This document shows positions 22,694 through 33,600 of a stretch of 64,000 bases of DNA, piece by piece. Under the pieces are notes generated by a model. It ran no database searches and was not told the origin of the DNA. It saw only the letters and a list, made by a program, of their open reading frames with translations. How positions within the stretch are numbered: position 1 is the stretch's first letter; every line of letters begins with the position of its first letter. Location of the stretch: positions 62,001 through 126,000 of the forward strand of contig CBFFRQ010000038.1 in NCBI GenBank assembly GCA_965644315.1, read 5' to 3'. A program made the position numbers and the translations under genes. This stretch comes from Caecitellus pseudoparvulus (Eukaryota > Protista > Bigyra: Bicosoecida).

Positions 22694-23707
22694 TCACACT
22701 GCACCGGGGAGGACGGCGTCAGGCGGTGTACTCCTAATTCTGGCTGTGGCGCTGGATTGCGCACTCAGCCGCCACGTCACATCCAGACGCTGCCCCAGCG
22801 CAGAGACCAGCTCAGAAGGAAGCTGAAAGTCGCTCTGTGTTTGTTGTGTGGGCGCAGGCGCATGGGCTACAATCACAGCGTTCAAGTGTGGGGGGTAGTG
22901 GCCGGCAGCGCCCTTGTTCAGGCAACAAGCCAGCCCCACACGCCACGCGTCGCCCACAGCTGCCGCTACGGTATGCATGATACTCTCTTGCAGCGCTTGC
23001 AGCTCTGTTCCGTCCTGGTCAGCCTGGCCCAGCGTGTTCAGGAGGAGAACGCCGCCAGGGGAGACGAGGGATGCGGCTGCGCACAGCATGTCTTGGGTGG
23101 CTACGGCTGCATGCGGCGCAAGGAGACTCCCAGAAGCAGGCTTTTCCTCAGGGACGTCGAGAACGACGGCGTCGAACGCCGCGCACCCGAGCTTGGAGGG
23201 CTGCGCCAGCGTCTGCGTCGCATCGCACGTGCGCAGGGACAGTGTGAGGCCGACCTTCCGCGCCACAGCCTCGGCGAGCCCCGTGGCCAGGCCTCCAACG
23301 ACTTCGCTGATCTCTAATCCCACTGCTGTCACGCCCCCCACTCCCGCCCACCCATGGGCGGCCGCGACAGCGAGCTCCCCGAGCCCAAGGCCAGCCAAGA
23401 GCAAAGCTGGCCGCTGGGTGTTGCCAAGGGCAGCGTGAAGACAGGCAAGCATGAGAACGTGGTAAGGGAGGACTGGAAGGCTTGGGTCGGACAGGAATAT
23501 CGCACTGTGCACGGGCCCAGCTTGGACCTCTGTTGTGCTCGGGGCGTCGGTGCTTTGGGAGCTGACCAGGCGCAATTCCCGCACCACGCCGGCTGGGTGG
23601 TGCACGTCCAAGACGCACACCCAGCGAGTGGCGCAGTCGCCGTCCGGGAGACAAGCCACTATTTCACCGCTTGGGGTGATGCCGTGACCACCCTCCCCCG
23701 CTGCCAT
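22694..23707 (-). CDS. Class I SAM-dependent methyltransferase, spermidine-synthase-like fold (METTL13 C-terminal-like)
   Basis: LLAGLGLGEL (motif I), VGLEISEVV, CDA, FDAVVLDV, LVSPGGVLLLN. Confidence 0.7.
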   Translation of the reverse strand: MAAGEGGHGITPSGEIVACLPDGDCATRWVCVLDVHHPAGVVRELRLVSSQSTDAPSTTEVQAGPVHSAIFLSDPSLPVLPYHVLMLACLHAALGNTQRPALLLAGLGLGELAVAAAHGWAGVGGVTAVGLEISEVVGGLATGLAEAVARKVGLTLSLRTCDATQTLAQPSKLGCAAFDAVVLDVPEEKPASGSLLAPHAAVATQDMLCAAASLVSPGGVLLLNTLGQADQDGTELQALQESIMHTVAAAVGDAWRVGLACCLNKGAAGHYPPHLNAVIVAHAPAPTQQTQSDFQLPSELVSALGQRLDVTWRLSAQSSATARIRSTPPDAVLPGAV

Positions 23708-23978
23708 GCTTCATCGGTGTTTCGCTTGGCGGCACGCGGTGTTGGGGGGGGTTGAGCAGCACAAGGTTCCAAATGCGGCCGCGCAGCTCCATGGGCAAGC
23801 AGGGACGATAACTGCTGCCAGGCCGCGGAAGGCGCTGAATTATGGCAGTTCTGCATGGCTGCCGTCAGCTCGCCGCAGCGTGCCCCTGGCTACACTTGCA
23901 CCGTGCGTGCCTTGCGCGAAGCTGCCACTGTCACCGCCGCGATACGTCACGTGTGCGTGCTTGTAGGGCGCAGCGACT

Positions 23979-26900
23979 TCAATCATCGTCTGACTCGTCG
24001 AAGATGGTGCCAGATGGGGCGATGCTGGACACCTGTGAGGCCGGCAGGTCACGGCCCGGTGCAGCAGCCTCCCGTTGCCCCCCCATCCCTGCCTCAACAT
24101 GCTCCCCCTCCTCCCCCTCCTCCTCGTCATCAAAGAGCACTCGAGGTGGGGGTGCACGCGCCTTGGGTGTGCCAAGGTCCTCATCTTCGTCGCTGTCCAG
24201 CACTGCCGCCAGCTTGCCTTGCACCTGCCTGGTTGCTGCTTCGTCCACAGGGCGGGACACTTGGCTCAGCCGAGCAGCCTCCGCTTCGCTGCCACTGTCT
24301 GAGTCTGAGTCTACGACAGCTGCACGGAGCCTGCGCCGGCGTTTGGCAGGGCTGGGGGCGCCGCTTCCGGCACTGCTAGGGGGCTGGGAGCTGCCACTGG
24401 CCGATCCGGCGCCTGAGCCAGCTGAGGGAGGAGCTTCGTGGCTGGAGGGTGAGGCAGCGGCCTTGGTCGGTGTCGCTGGAGATGGCTCCTGCTCTGCCTC
24501 GGCAGCATCCACAGGCCTGGGCAGGCGCAGGAGCAGGGCGTCCAGGCCAGATGCCGCCTGCAGCAATGTGGGCGTGGGCGCGTGGCCAGGGAAGCGCCAC
24601 CAGACCTTGCCTGGGCCGGAGGGGGGGCGGGCACCGACTTCCCTCAGCAGCGCAGTCACGATGGCCTTGCTGCACCACGCGAACTCCGCCGCATGCAGGG
24701 GCACCAGGGCGAAGTCTGCCTCTGCAGACTCCTCCCACACGCCCGCTGCACCCATGTACGTCCCGTCAACCTCACCACAGGCGGGGTCTGCTGCGGGGGT
24801 CGGCGCGGCATCTGGACCGCCTCGCAGATGCCGCGCACACAGCACACGGTGCAGCTGCTGCCGCACCCACAGCACGGCCCTCACGCCGCCGCCGTCCGTC
24901 GCCACTCCCCGCAGTGTGGCTGTATCAGCCGTGATACCGGTGAACCCGCCAGGCATCACGGCAGCAGCCGGCAACGCAGTGACTTCTGCCGGCACGGTGG
25001 AGTCACTGTGCAGGGCAAAGGAGCCGCCAAGTCGCTCGGCGACAGCCGTGGCCTGGGTGTAAGCGGCAGTGGCTGGACCCAGCACGGGACCTGTGGCAGC
25101 TGGCGTCTCCACGTGGAGGCGCAGGTGTTTGACACGCCGAGCGACCTGCGTCGCAGTGCGACCAGCAGCCTCCAGCTCAGGTACTGCTGCGAGGAGTTCG
25201 AAGACTGAATCCATGCCAGCGTAGCGAGGGTAGTGCTGGGCCAGGAGCGCGTCCTGTGCGGCTGTCCAGCGCCCCGCTCGGCCTGAGCCTTGTGTGGGGC
25301 TGTCCTTCTGGCGCCGCTTCGGGGCACCGGACGCCTCCCGTCTGCGTTGGGCTGCCTCTGCCTTCTTGGCTTTGGTGAGTTCTGGATCCTCCAGGGGTGC
25401 CCACACGCGCTCTTCCTGCTCCGCGTCAAACTCGGCCTCATCAGCGTCGTCGTCATCCAACGCCCGTGCAATGGCGATCTCCCGCTCCACTCGGGCATCG
25501 GCAAGCTCGCGCTTGGAGGGGCCCCGCCCGCCCGAGGCGTCCTGGTCCAGAGGCGTGTACCCCCGCGCGATGCGCCCGTTGGCTGCCCGATCACGCTTGA
25601 CCAGGGCTTCCACGAAGATGAGGGGGTCGGCCATGGCAGCGGCGGCGAAGTGGCGCACCAGACGCCGCACTACTCGGACCAAGTCTGCGTTGACAGGGGA
25701 CGCCACCAGCACACGGTCGCCCAGGAGACGGTGGTAGGTGCGCAGGGCGGGCAGGCTCCACCACATGGGCTCGAAGGTGTACATGCGTGGAGCTGGGGGC
25801 TCTGGGCCCACCTTGCCCGCCTTCTCCCAAGCCCGGTGCTCCCGCTCTGAGGGGGACACACCCGCTTTGGGGTTGGGCAGGGTGGACAGGCGGTGCATGA
25901 AGATGGCGATGTGGCGGTTGGTGGTGGGGGTGTTGGCGCGGTAGTGAGCCAGCAGCGTCGTGTACGCCTCCACTGTGTGTGCGTTGGCGAATTTCACCAA
26001 GAAGGCGTCCAGGGACACCTCCCGCTCCTGCACCCGGCGCATGGCAGCCTCTGCTGCAACCTCGTCCTCCTCCTCGTCGTACTGGGCTCCATCCCCCAGC
26101 TCACCCGCAGACCGACCACTTGCGCGCCGCCGACGCCGGCGTTTGCCCCGCACCCGCACGCCTGACCGCGCCAGTGCCCCCACCGCCCGCACGACAGCGT
26201 GCGCCCCAGCCACCAGCGCAGTCAGGAAGCGGGTCGTGAAGCGGCCGGGCTCGTACTTGGCCAGCAGGTGCGGCACGACGTCCAGGGTGTCTGCTTCGGC
26301 GAGGGCCCCCCTGCGCAAGCTCTCTGCGACAAGCTCTGCCTTGGGGTGGGCACTGTCCAGCACCCCTGCTGCCATGGTCATGAACTCCTTCAGCAGGGCC
26401 ACGGCAACATGCAGGGAGTCGTACTGGCGCCCGCCCAGCGCCTCGTCAAGGACCTGCAGCACCAACTTCAACGTGGGGTACTCCAAACTCACGTGGGTGT
26501 TGCCCATGGTGAAGTGGGCCTCAGGCGCAAGCTTCCCGCCAGGCGGCAGCGCTGCCTGCGCCGCCTTCACCTGTGCCGACGCTACACACCGCTGCAGGCA
26601 CAGGGCGAACGTGGCGAGGGCCATGTAGTTGCGCCGATCTCGCTCTGCCGTCACCGTCGTCAGGCTCAGGCGGCGCAGGACAATGCGCACGAGGCGAGGG
26701 TAGGCGGACTCCAGCAGGGCGAGACCCCAGTTGTACAGCACCATGCGTGCCTCGTGGTGGATGCCGGAGGTGTCCAGGGGTGCACGCCCAGACGCAGACA
26801 GGTGCGACGCCACCCGCGTGGTCAGGCTGCTGCTGGCGCCTGCAGCAGGGGGTGTGTCGGTCTGGGAGTATCGCTTGCGGCGCTGGGGTTTGCGGGCGGG

Positions 26901-28043
26901 CTGGCGGGTTGGGGCGGCGCCCCGGCCCAGGTGGCTCACGACCATGCGCCCAGCCCCCTGCACATGCTTGGTGAAGAGACCCGTGAATCGGCTGTGTCGC
27001 CCCGAGGCAGCCTTGCTCCTGGCTGCGCGCTCTGCGCCAAGGGCCAGCGCCAGTGGATCTGCCTCTGGCGCTGCAGATGGGGTGCTGGGGTTCACGGAAA
27101 GTGCAGAGTGCAGCTGCTGCTGCTCGGCAGCTGCTGCCTCCGCCAGGACTTCTGCGTCCACACCGCCCACGAGGGCAGCGAGGGTGTCCAGCAGGAACAT
27201 CGTGTGTTCCGCGTTGTCCCGTTCCTCGCTGAGGGCGGCCATGGTGATGAGTGCCTGTGCCAGCCCCACCTCCTCCAGCGCCAGCAGGAACTGCTCGTTC
27301 AGAGAGGCGGAGGGCGCGGCGTCACCCCGGGAAGACCTGGGGTTGGGCACCAGGAGAAGGTTCTTGAGGACGAGGAGGGTGTACTGGATGAGCGTGTCGT
27401 CCTCTGGGGCACGGTCGCTGCCGTGCCGAGCCAGCGCGTCCACGAAGGCAGTCATGAGCAGGGACAAGAAGGAGTCGTGGCAGGCCGCAGCTTTGATGCT
27501 CTGCAGTTGGCTGTTCAGGATGCCCAAGAACTCTGGCCGCACTGTGTGACTGCCGCCAGCCTCCTCCGTCAGCGGCGCCGTGAGCAGCACCAGTAGGCGC
27601 AGGCCATGCCTCAAAACCACCCTGAGCCAGAGGCGGGAGCAGGAGCGTAAGGCGCACGAGCAGGCGGGCAGCATGACTGGGAGACGCACTCATGCTGTGT
27701 GTTGTGCACCATGAGCGGGATGACGACGTTCTCTGCAAGCTTCACTTCGTTCAGCATGCGGCGAACCTTGCCAGTTGCATCGTCCCTATTCCGCAGCTTG
27801 CTGGGTTGGGGCAAAGAGCAGCGTGTTGGCGCCCATGCACGGACGCGCTCGCACAGGCCTCGCCACGCACGCTGTGAGGTCAATGAAAGCAGACTCTGTG
27901 GCGGATGTTGTGTGCATCTTCCGCAGCACAGCGCCAGTGGCGTCTGCGTCAAGGTCCACCGTGGCGTCCACCTGCGCCAGGTCCTCAATGGACGTCAGGC
28001 ACTTCGCCCGCAAGATCTTGTCGGCGATCTCATCGCGATCCAT
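23979..28043 (-). CDS. TIMELESS: Timeless/Tof1/Swi1 replication fork protection protein
   Basis: Introns 27870-27801 and 27689-27622. RDD..VRRML..VIPL, LLVLLTAP, LVLKNLLLVP, RHSRFTG, LAHYRAN..NRHIAIFMHRL, Myb-like RWTAAQD..RTATQV and PAB-like ALVPL..WWRFP. Confidence 0.85.
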
Positions 28044-28551
28044 GGTCTGTAAGGGCTCTTCCTTTCGCCTGTTGGCGCCAGGTCAGGGCAGAAGCGCTGC
28101 CTGGGCTGCCCTGGCGTTCAAAAGCCTCACGCGGGGAAGTGCAGTGCCGTTATCCCAAGCCCCTCGCAAGGTGGTTCTCGCAAAGCACGGCACAGCAGGT
28201 GCATTGGAGCGGACGCATGACACATGGCAAGTGCGACCGCACGACATTCAACGGTATTTCATTTTGGCCGCGGCATGGGTGCAATATGAAGGGGCCTCAC
28301 AGCGGCTGGCCTGCTGGTGCGGCAAACCAGCATGGCCATGCTTTCCGCAACCCATCGAATGACAATCCAGCCCCTGACACGGACGTGGAAAGACCATCGT
28401 GCTAGCACTGTCCCACAAGTGCATGCCCTCCCCTCCTGCGTGATGGCGGGCTGGCGGGGGTTCACCGTAGCCAGGCCCGGCCCCCGCTGCTCCCCGCAGA
28501 CACCGCTGCCAGCACAGCGCAACCTCAGCTGTCAGGCGGCAAGCCAGCCCC

Positions 28552-28937
28552 TCATGCCTTCCATACGAGCACGTTCACGCCCGCGTACACTGAAAGGTAA
28601 GCGTAGCATTTGATCTTCTGCGTGACAAATGCGCCGAAGCTGCGGCCCACGACGACGTTCCAGCCCTTGCCGGCTTCAAAGAGCTTCTCCACGCGCTCAC
28701 GAATGCGCGTGGCCAGGGCGCTGTACACGAGGGCTGTGGGGGGGGACATCTCGAACTCGTCCCTGCACACCTCCTGCAAAATGGTCATGTGCTCCTTGGA
28801 CAAGTCCTCGGCTGCGCAGGGAAGCGGGGGCGGAAGCACCGTTCCGTGAGAGCCCTCGATTAGGCTACGCAGGACAAAGGCATGCCACACTGTGCTGGCC
28901 ACGCACCATACACGTAGGGCTGCTTCAGCATGGGCAT
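28552..28937 (-). CDS. Dynein light chain, LC8 family
   Basis: ATG 28937 (MPMLKQPYVY|AEDLSKE) with intron 28906-28812. LATRIRERVEK..GWNVVVGRSFGAFVT..VLVWK. Confidence 0.88.
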
Positions 28938-29152
28938 GGCGACGGCGTGGTGTGAGGAGGCGCGATCTGAGAGTGCGCAAGTTCCGCACTGCACAACCCG
29001 CTGCACAGCAGGCAAACGAACAGGCTCAGCAAGGAGGCAGTTATCCAGGCGCTGCAATCACCGCACTGTACCGGCGAAGCCGTGAATTACGTTCAGGTGG
29101 GAAGATGATTTGCTGCTGGGTCGTCAGTGCTGGCGCAGACGCAGCGTCGCGG

Positions 29153-30220
29153 TCACTTCAGCGCCCGGACCATAGCGATGTCGCGGTCCAGCGCAGCTCG
29201 CCGGCGAGACGCCTCCAGCAGGCGTGCCTCGGCCACCAGGGAGTGCTGGCGTGGAGCCCGCGCAGAGGAGGCAGCCGTGCCGGCGCGTGCCTTGGCTGCC
29301 TTCCGGCTGTGGTCAATGTCTGCCATGATGCGTTTGTGCTGCGCCTCCCGGTCAGGCACGGCGGGGGCCAGGCGGGCGCTGTCCACGTTGTCGTCAAACA
29401 CGCGGTTGGGCTCCCGCTGCCGCCCGCCAAACGCGAAGGAGTTCTTCAGCTTTGCGTCCAGGCGGGCGGCGAACGCGTCTCGAGCTGCACCATCACCACT
29501 TTCCACGGCAGCCGAGCCTGCAGAGGCCAGGGGTGATCTGGCGCCGCTGTGGCTGGGCGGACTGCTGGGCGCGCCGTGTGGCGTTTCGCCGTGCGTTGCA
29601 GCAGCCCACGCTGGGTCATACTGTGAGTACTGGAAGTTGTCGGCTGCGCCGTGGGACGGCGTGTCTGCACGGCCCATGCCCAGGACAGAGCTGTACTTTG
29701 TGGCTTGGTGGCCGCCCTGCTTCAGCAGCGTCGTGCGGTGGCCGCCAGATGCCACGGGCGCGTGGAAACGCAAGTCGCCACGCAGCATGTCACGCTTGCC
29801 CTCCCGCTGCAGCACCTGCGTCGTCTGGTGGTCAATGAACTTGCGGCCTCGACGGAGGGCGTCCGCTGCACCACCATCGTCGTGCGCGAGGATGTTGCCG
29901 TTGCGGTCCCGAGCCTGCACGATGCGCTGGCGCCTGGCTTCCGCAGCAGCTTCGGCGCGTGCCGCACGCGCTGCCTGCGCAGCCTCCCGCTCAGCGGCAG
30001 GGTTGATGGCTGCGGCAGGGCGGCGGTGGAAACCCTTTGTAAATCGTGTTGTGCGGGAGCTGGGGGATTCCTGGGGAAGGGCGTCTGGTGCAGGGGCCAT
30101 GCCGTCTTGGCTTAGCACGTTGTAGCCTCGTGCGGTATTTGGATCCGGAAACGTCCGACGTCCGCGGCGGTGGCTGCTCTCCCGCATAAAAAATGCGCCG
30201 CCCATGGGGGTTGGCTCCAT
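29153..30220 (-). CDS. Hypothetical protein (355 aa), Arg/Ala-rich with coiled-coil segments
   Basis: Clean ATG-to-stop ORF with genome-typical codon usage that fills the gap between two genes; no family recognised. Confidence 0.7.
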   Translation of the reverse strand: MEPTPMGGAFFMRESSHRRGRRTFPDPNTARGYNVLSQDGMAPAPDALPQESPSSRTTRFTKGFHRRPAAAINPAAEREAAQAARAARAEAAAEARRQRIVQARDRNGNILAHDDGGAADALRRGRKFIDHQTTQVLQREGKRDMLRGDLRFHAPVASGGHRTTLLKQGGHQATKYSSVLGMGRADTPSHGAADNFQYSQYDPAWAAATHGETPHGAPSSPPSHSGARSPLASAGSAAVESGDGAARDAFAARLDAKLKNSFAFGGRQREPNRVFDDNVDSARLAPAVPDREAQHKRIMADIDHSRKAAKARAGTAASSARAPRQHSLVAEARLLEASRRRAALDRDIAMVRALK

Positions 30221-30447
30221 GCCTGTTTGCTGTTTTTATCCTTTGCGCCGCACAAGCACACCTTGCCAGCTGCCAGAGCTCGTCACGCAGTAGGGTCGCC
30301 GCGACAGTGCAGTTTCCGCAAGCACCGAGACACTCAACACGCATGCAGCGAGGAGACCATGTGTGTAGAAGGTGGCAACTGCGCCCGCTGCCTGCGATGC
30401 ATTTTGCGGCAGGCGGCAGGAATGCGGGGGCGGGACCGTGCCCCCCG

Positions 30448-32973
30448 TCACCCCCTCCCCCCACGCTGCGTGTGGCGCTCGACATGGCGCCGCTGTGGCC
30501 CCGACATGACAATGACACTGCCCCCCACAGCGTGCGAGCCAGCGCCTCGGGCACTGCCCGGGTGACCAGGACTCGCTCCCTCCACTCCAGAGCCAGAGGC
30601 GTACCCCTGCGCTCGGTGGTGATCCCGGTGCAGGGTGCCAGCCGTGCGCCCCCCCCCCACGGCCGGGTCATCCTCGTCGGAGCTCTCAGAGGCAGAGCCC
30701 TGGGCAGCGTGGGAGGGCGCTGCGCCTGCACGGTGCCGCCGCCGGCGCTCCCGCTTGGCCTCCCGCCGAGCCCGCCGAGCTGCTGCCTCGTCCGTGGCAT
30801 ACCCCCCCACGTACAGGTGCATGTCATCCAGGGTCTGGGGACCCCCCCCCTCGCCGTACGCATACCCCCCTGCCACGGGCTCGCTGGCCAGGAAGGCGTA
30901 TGCGTCGTCGTCCATGCCTGGCTGGTCGGCGTAGTACTCTGCTCCGGGGGGGGGTGACGTGACCGGAGCGGGGGGGGGTGGCACGACCGCGGCACGCCCC
31001 CTCCCCTGCTCCTTGCTCTCCGGCACCACCTGCAGCGGCGTGCTGGCGCCCCCGGCTCGTGGCGTGGAGCCCTGGGGCCCCCCCTCCAGCTGCACGGACG
31101 CGCCGCTTTCGTCCAGAGCAGCGAAGCGCTCACCGAGGCCCATGTCGTCGTAATACGCGCGGGTGCCGGAGCCCGAGGCGGCGTGGCGAGGCGTGGGCGT
31201 GGCGCCCGGCAGCAGCGCCGCCCCCGCCTCCTCCCGGAACAGCGCCAAGAACTCCTGGTACGAGATGCGCCCGTCCCCCAGCGTGTCTGCCTCCCGGATC
31301 ATCTCCGCCACCCGCTCGGGGGTGAAGTCATCGCCCAGGATCTCGCGCAGGTTCTCGGGGGTGATGTAGCCGCTGCCGTCCACGTCCAGCTTCTGGAACG
31401 CCGCCCGGATGCGGCCCTCGCGCATGTAGTAGCGCTTGGACAGGGTGGCGGCCAGGAACTCAGAGTAGGAGATGGTGTCCTGCCCGTCCTGGTCCAGCCG
31501 GCTGAAGATGTCCTGCACCTCGGCAGGCTGCATGCCCCCCCGCTCCACCAGCACCTCCTGCATCTCTGCCAGGGAGATGAGCCCCGTGCGGTCCTTGTCC
31601 ATGTCCAGGAACACGGAACGCAGCTTCGCCAGCTTCGGCGCAGCCACCTGGAAGGCGATGGCCTCCAGCGCTGCCCGCTTCAGCGCTGAGAAGTGCGTGA
31701 AGGCGCGCAGGTTGCCGACGATTTCCTCGTCCAGCTGCGTGCTGCCGCTGGGTTCCCGACGGGCACGCTGGGCGGCTGCCCGGGTGATCCACGGGTCATC
31801 CAGCGCCGCTGACGCTGACATGCGGCCGGAGGGGCGGTACACGAGCAGGCGCCGGATGAAGTCCTTGGCGGCGTCGCTGACGTGCTCCCACCGGCGCCCA
31901 GACAAGTTGTACTTGCCGCGCTTGACGGAGTTGAGCACGTCGGCGTCGTGGCGCCCCTTGAAGGGGGGCGTCCCCGACAGCAGCATGTACGTGATGACGC
32001 CGAGACTCCACATGTCACAGGCGGGGGTGTACCCCGCCCGCCCCGCCGTCAGCACCTCTGGCGCGATGTAGTAGGGCGTGCCCACCATGGTGGTCATGCG
32101 CTGTACCCCGCCCGGCGCTGTGTAGCGTGCCGACAGCCCGAAGTCAATCAACTTCAAGTTGCTGTCGTCCGCCCGCGACTCGAAGAGGAAGTTCTCCAAC
32201 TTGAGGTCGCGGTGCGACACGCCCTTGGAGTGGATGTACGCGATGGCCTTGAGCATCATGGTGACGATGCCGGCAGCCTTCGCCTCCGTGTAGTGGGAGT
32301 GGGTCTGCAGGTGAAGGCGGTCAAACAGCTCCCCCCCCTCACACAGCTCCATGACCAGGAACAAGTTGCTGCTCTCCATGATGGTGTCGCCGTCGTAGAA
32401 GTACTCGTGCAACTTGATGACGTTGGGGTGGTCCAGGGACTGCAGCAGCTCGATTTCGTTCACCAGGTCCTGCAACAGCTCCGGGTTCACCTGCACAACA
32501 CCACGCGGCGTTCGTGAGCGTTGTCGGGGCACTTGCGCGCTGCAGGGGCAGCCGGCCTCACCTTGCTGGCATCCATCATCTTCAACGCGTAGCGCTCCCC
32601 CGTGTTCCTGTCCTTGATGCGGTACACCTGCGGAGGGGGGCAAAGGGCGCCCGCGGCGAGCGCAGTGAAACGCTGGCTGAACGCAGGCAGCCAGCGTGCC
32701 TGCACGCCTCACCTTGCCCGTCATACCATGCCCCAGCGTCGTCTCCTTGATGTATGTGTCATACCATGCCCGCTGGGACTTCTTGATCAGCTGGGACCGG
32801 AAGCCTCGTCTCTCAGAGCCAGAGGTGGGCGTGGCGGCGCCAGCGCCTCCCGTCGCAGGCTGGGTTGCGGCTGGCGCTGACGCGGCCCCCGTGCCTCCGC
32901 CGCCAGTGCCGCCACCCAGCTGCAGGGCAGGGGGTGTGTTTCCTCCTGCAGGGGTGGATGCGCCACAGCCCAT
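30448..32973 (-). CDS. Calcium-dependent protein kinase (CDPK), N-myristoylated, four EF hands, long low-complexity tail
   Basis: MGCGAS start; introns 32712-32628 and 32561-32491. LGHGMTGKV, ALK, HRDLKLEN, DFG, GTPYYIAPE; EF loops DKDRTG, DQDGQD, DVDGSG, DTLGDG. Confidence 0.93.
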   Translation of the reverse strand: MGCGASTPAGGNTPPALQLGGGTGGGGTGAASAPAATQPATGGAGAATPTSGSERRGFRSQLIKKSQRAWYDTYIKETTLGHGMTGKVRRAGTLAACVQPAFHCARRGRPLPPSAGVPHQGQEHGGALRVEDDGCQQGEAGCPCSAQVPRQRSRTPRGVVQVNPELLQDLVNEIELLQSLDHPNVIKLHEYFYDGDTIMESSNLFLVMELCEGGELFDRLHLQTHSHYTEAKAAGIVTMMLKAIAYIHSKGVSHRDLKLENFLFESRADDSNLKLIDFGLSARYTAPGGVQRMTTMVGTPYYIAPEVLTAGRAGYTPACDMWSLGVITYMLLSGTPPFKGRHDADVLNSVKRGKYNLSGRRWEHVSDAAKDFIRRLLVYRPSGRMSASAALDDPWITRAAAQRARREPSGSTQLDEEIVGNLRAFTHFSALKRAALEAIAFQVAAPKLAKLRSVFLDMDKDRTGLISLAEMQEVLVERGGMQPAEVQDIFSRLDQDGQDTISYSEFLAATLSKRYYMREGRIRAAFQKLDVDGSGYITPENLREILGDDFTPERVAEMIREADTLGDGRISYQEFLALFREEAGAALLPGATPTPRHAASGSGTRAYYDDMGLGERFAALDESGASVQLEGGPQGSTPRAGGASTPLQVVPESKEQGRGRAAVVPPPPAPVTSPPPGAEYYADQPGMDDDAYAFLASEPVAGGYAYGEGGGPQTLDDMHLYVGGYATDEAAARRARREAKRERRRRHRAGAAPSHAAQGSASESSDEDDPAVGGGRTAGTLHRDHHRAQGYASGSGVEGASPGHPGSARGAGSHAVGGSVIVMSGPQRRHVERHTQRGGRG

Positions 32974-33600
32974 GGTGGTGGCGCGGGCTGGAGGGGGGCT
33001 GACGCGAAGGCGGCGGCCCTGGTGAGTCCTGGCCGCACAGACACGCTGGAGGGGCGTCTCGGCAGGGAAGGCAGAGCAGTCACCCGGAAGATGTGTGGGT
33101 CTGTGGGTGGGGTGAAGTGCATGAGCTGCTGTGCCGTTTGGATGTGCGCGCGCTGTGCATGCGCCGAGGAAAGCGGTGAGGGCTCCGTGAGGGGGGCTCA
33201 AAGCCGTGCGGAGCCCCCCTCAACTGGCGGCCAAACAGCAAACGGCCGCCACAGCCGCCGCCCACGCCAGAGCGTCCGCCGGGGCAAACCACAACCACCC
33301 CGTGTACACACCTCACACATTGACGCGGCCTCTTGCATCCTCTCGTGAACTGCCCTCGACCCGGCCGGGGACGTTCCGTGAAGTGCACTGCAGCAGACTG
33401 TGCTGAGGCAATTGCTCACCGAGAGCTCCTGCAGTCGTGACCCTGCGACGGCGCAGGGAACGCAGCTGAGACGAGGCAGAGAGTGCATCTCGCCTGCTCA
33501 GGGACACAGGGACACCTAGGTGCAGTGACAGTTGAGCTTGCCTGTGCCCAGTCGGCGCAAGCGGACGTTGCAAGGGAACAGGTCGAGAACTTTACCCACC

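Noticed and set aside
3110-28937. Functional cell-division cluster (GCP5, kinesin, Timeless, dynein light chain)
   Set aside because: Interspersed with unrelated genes; chance adjacency in a compact genome is sufficient.
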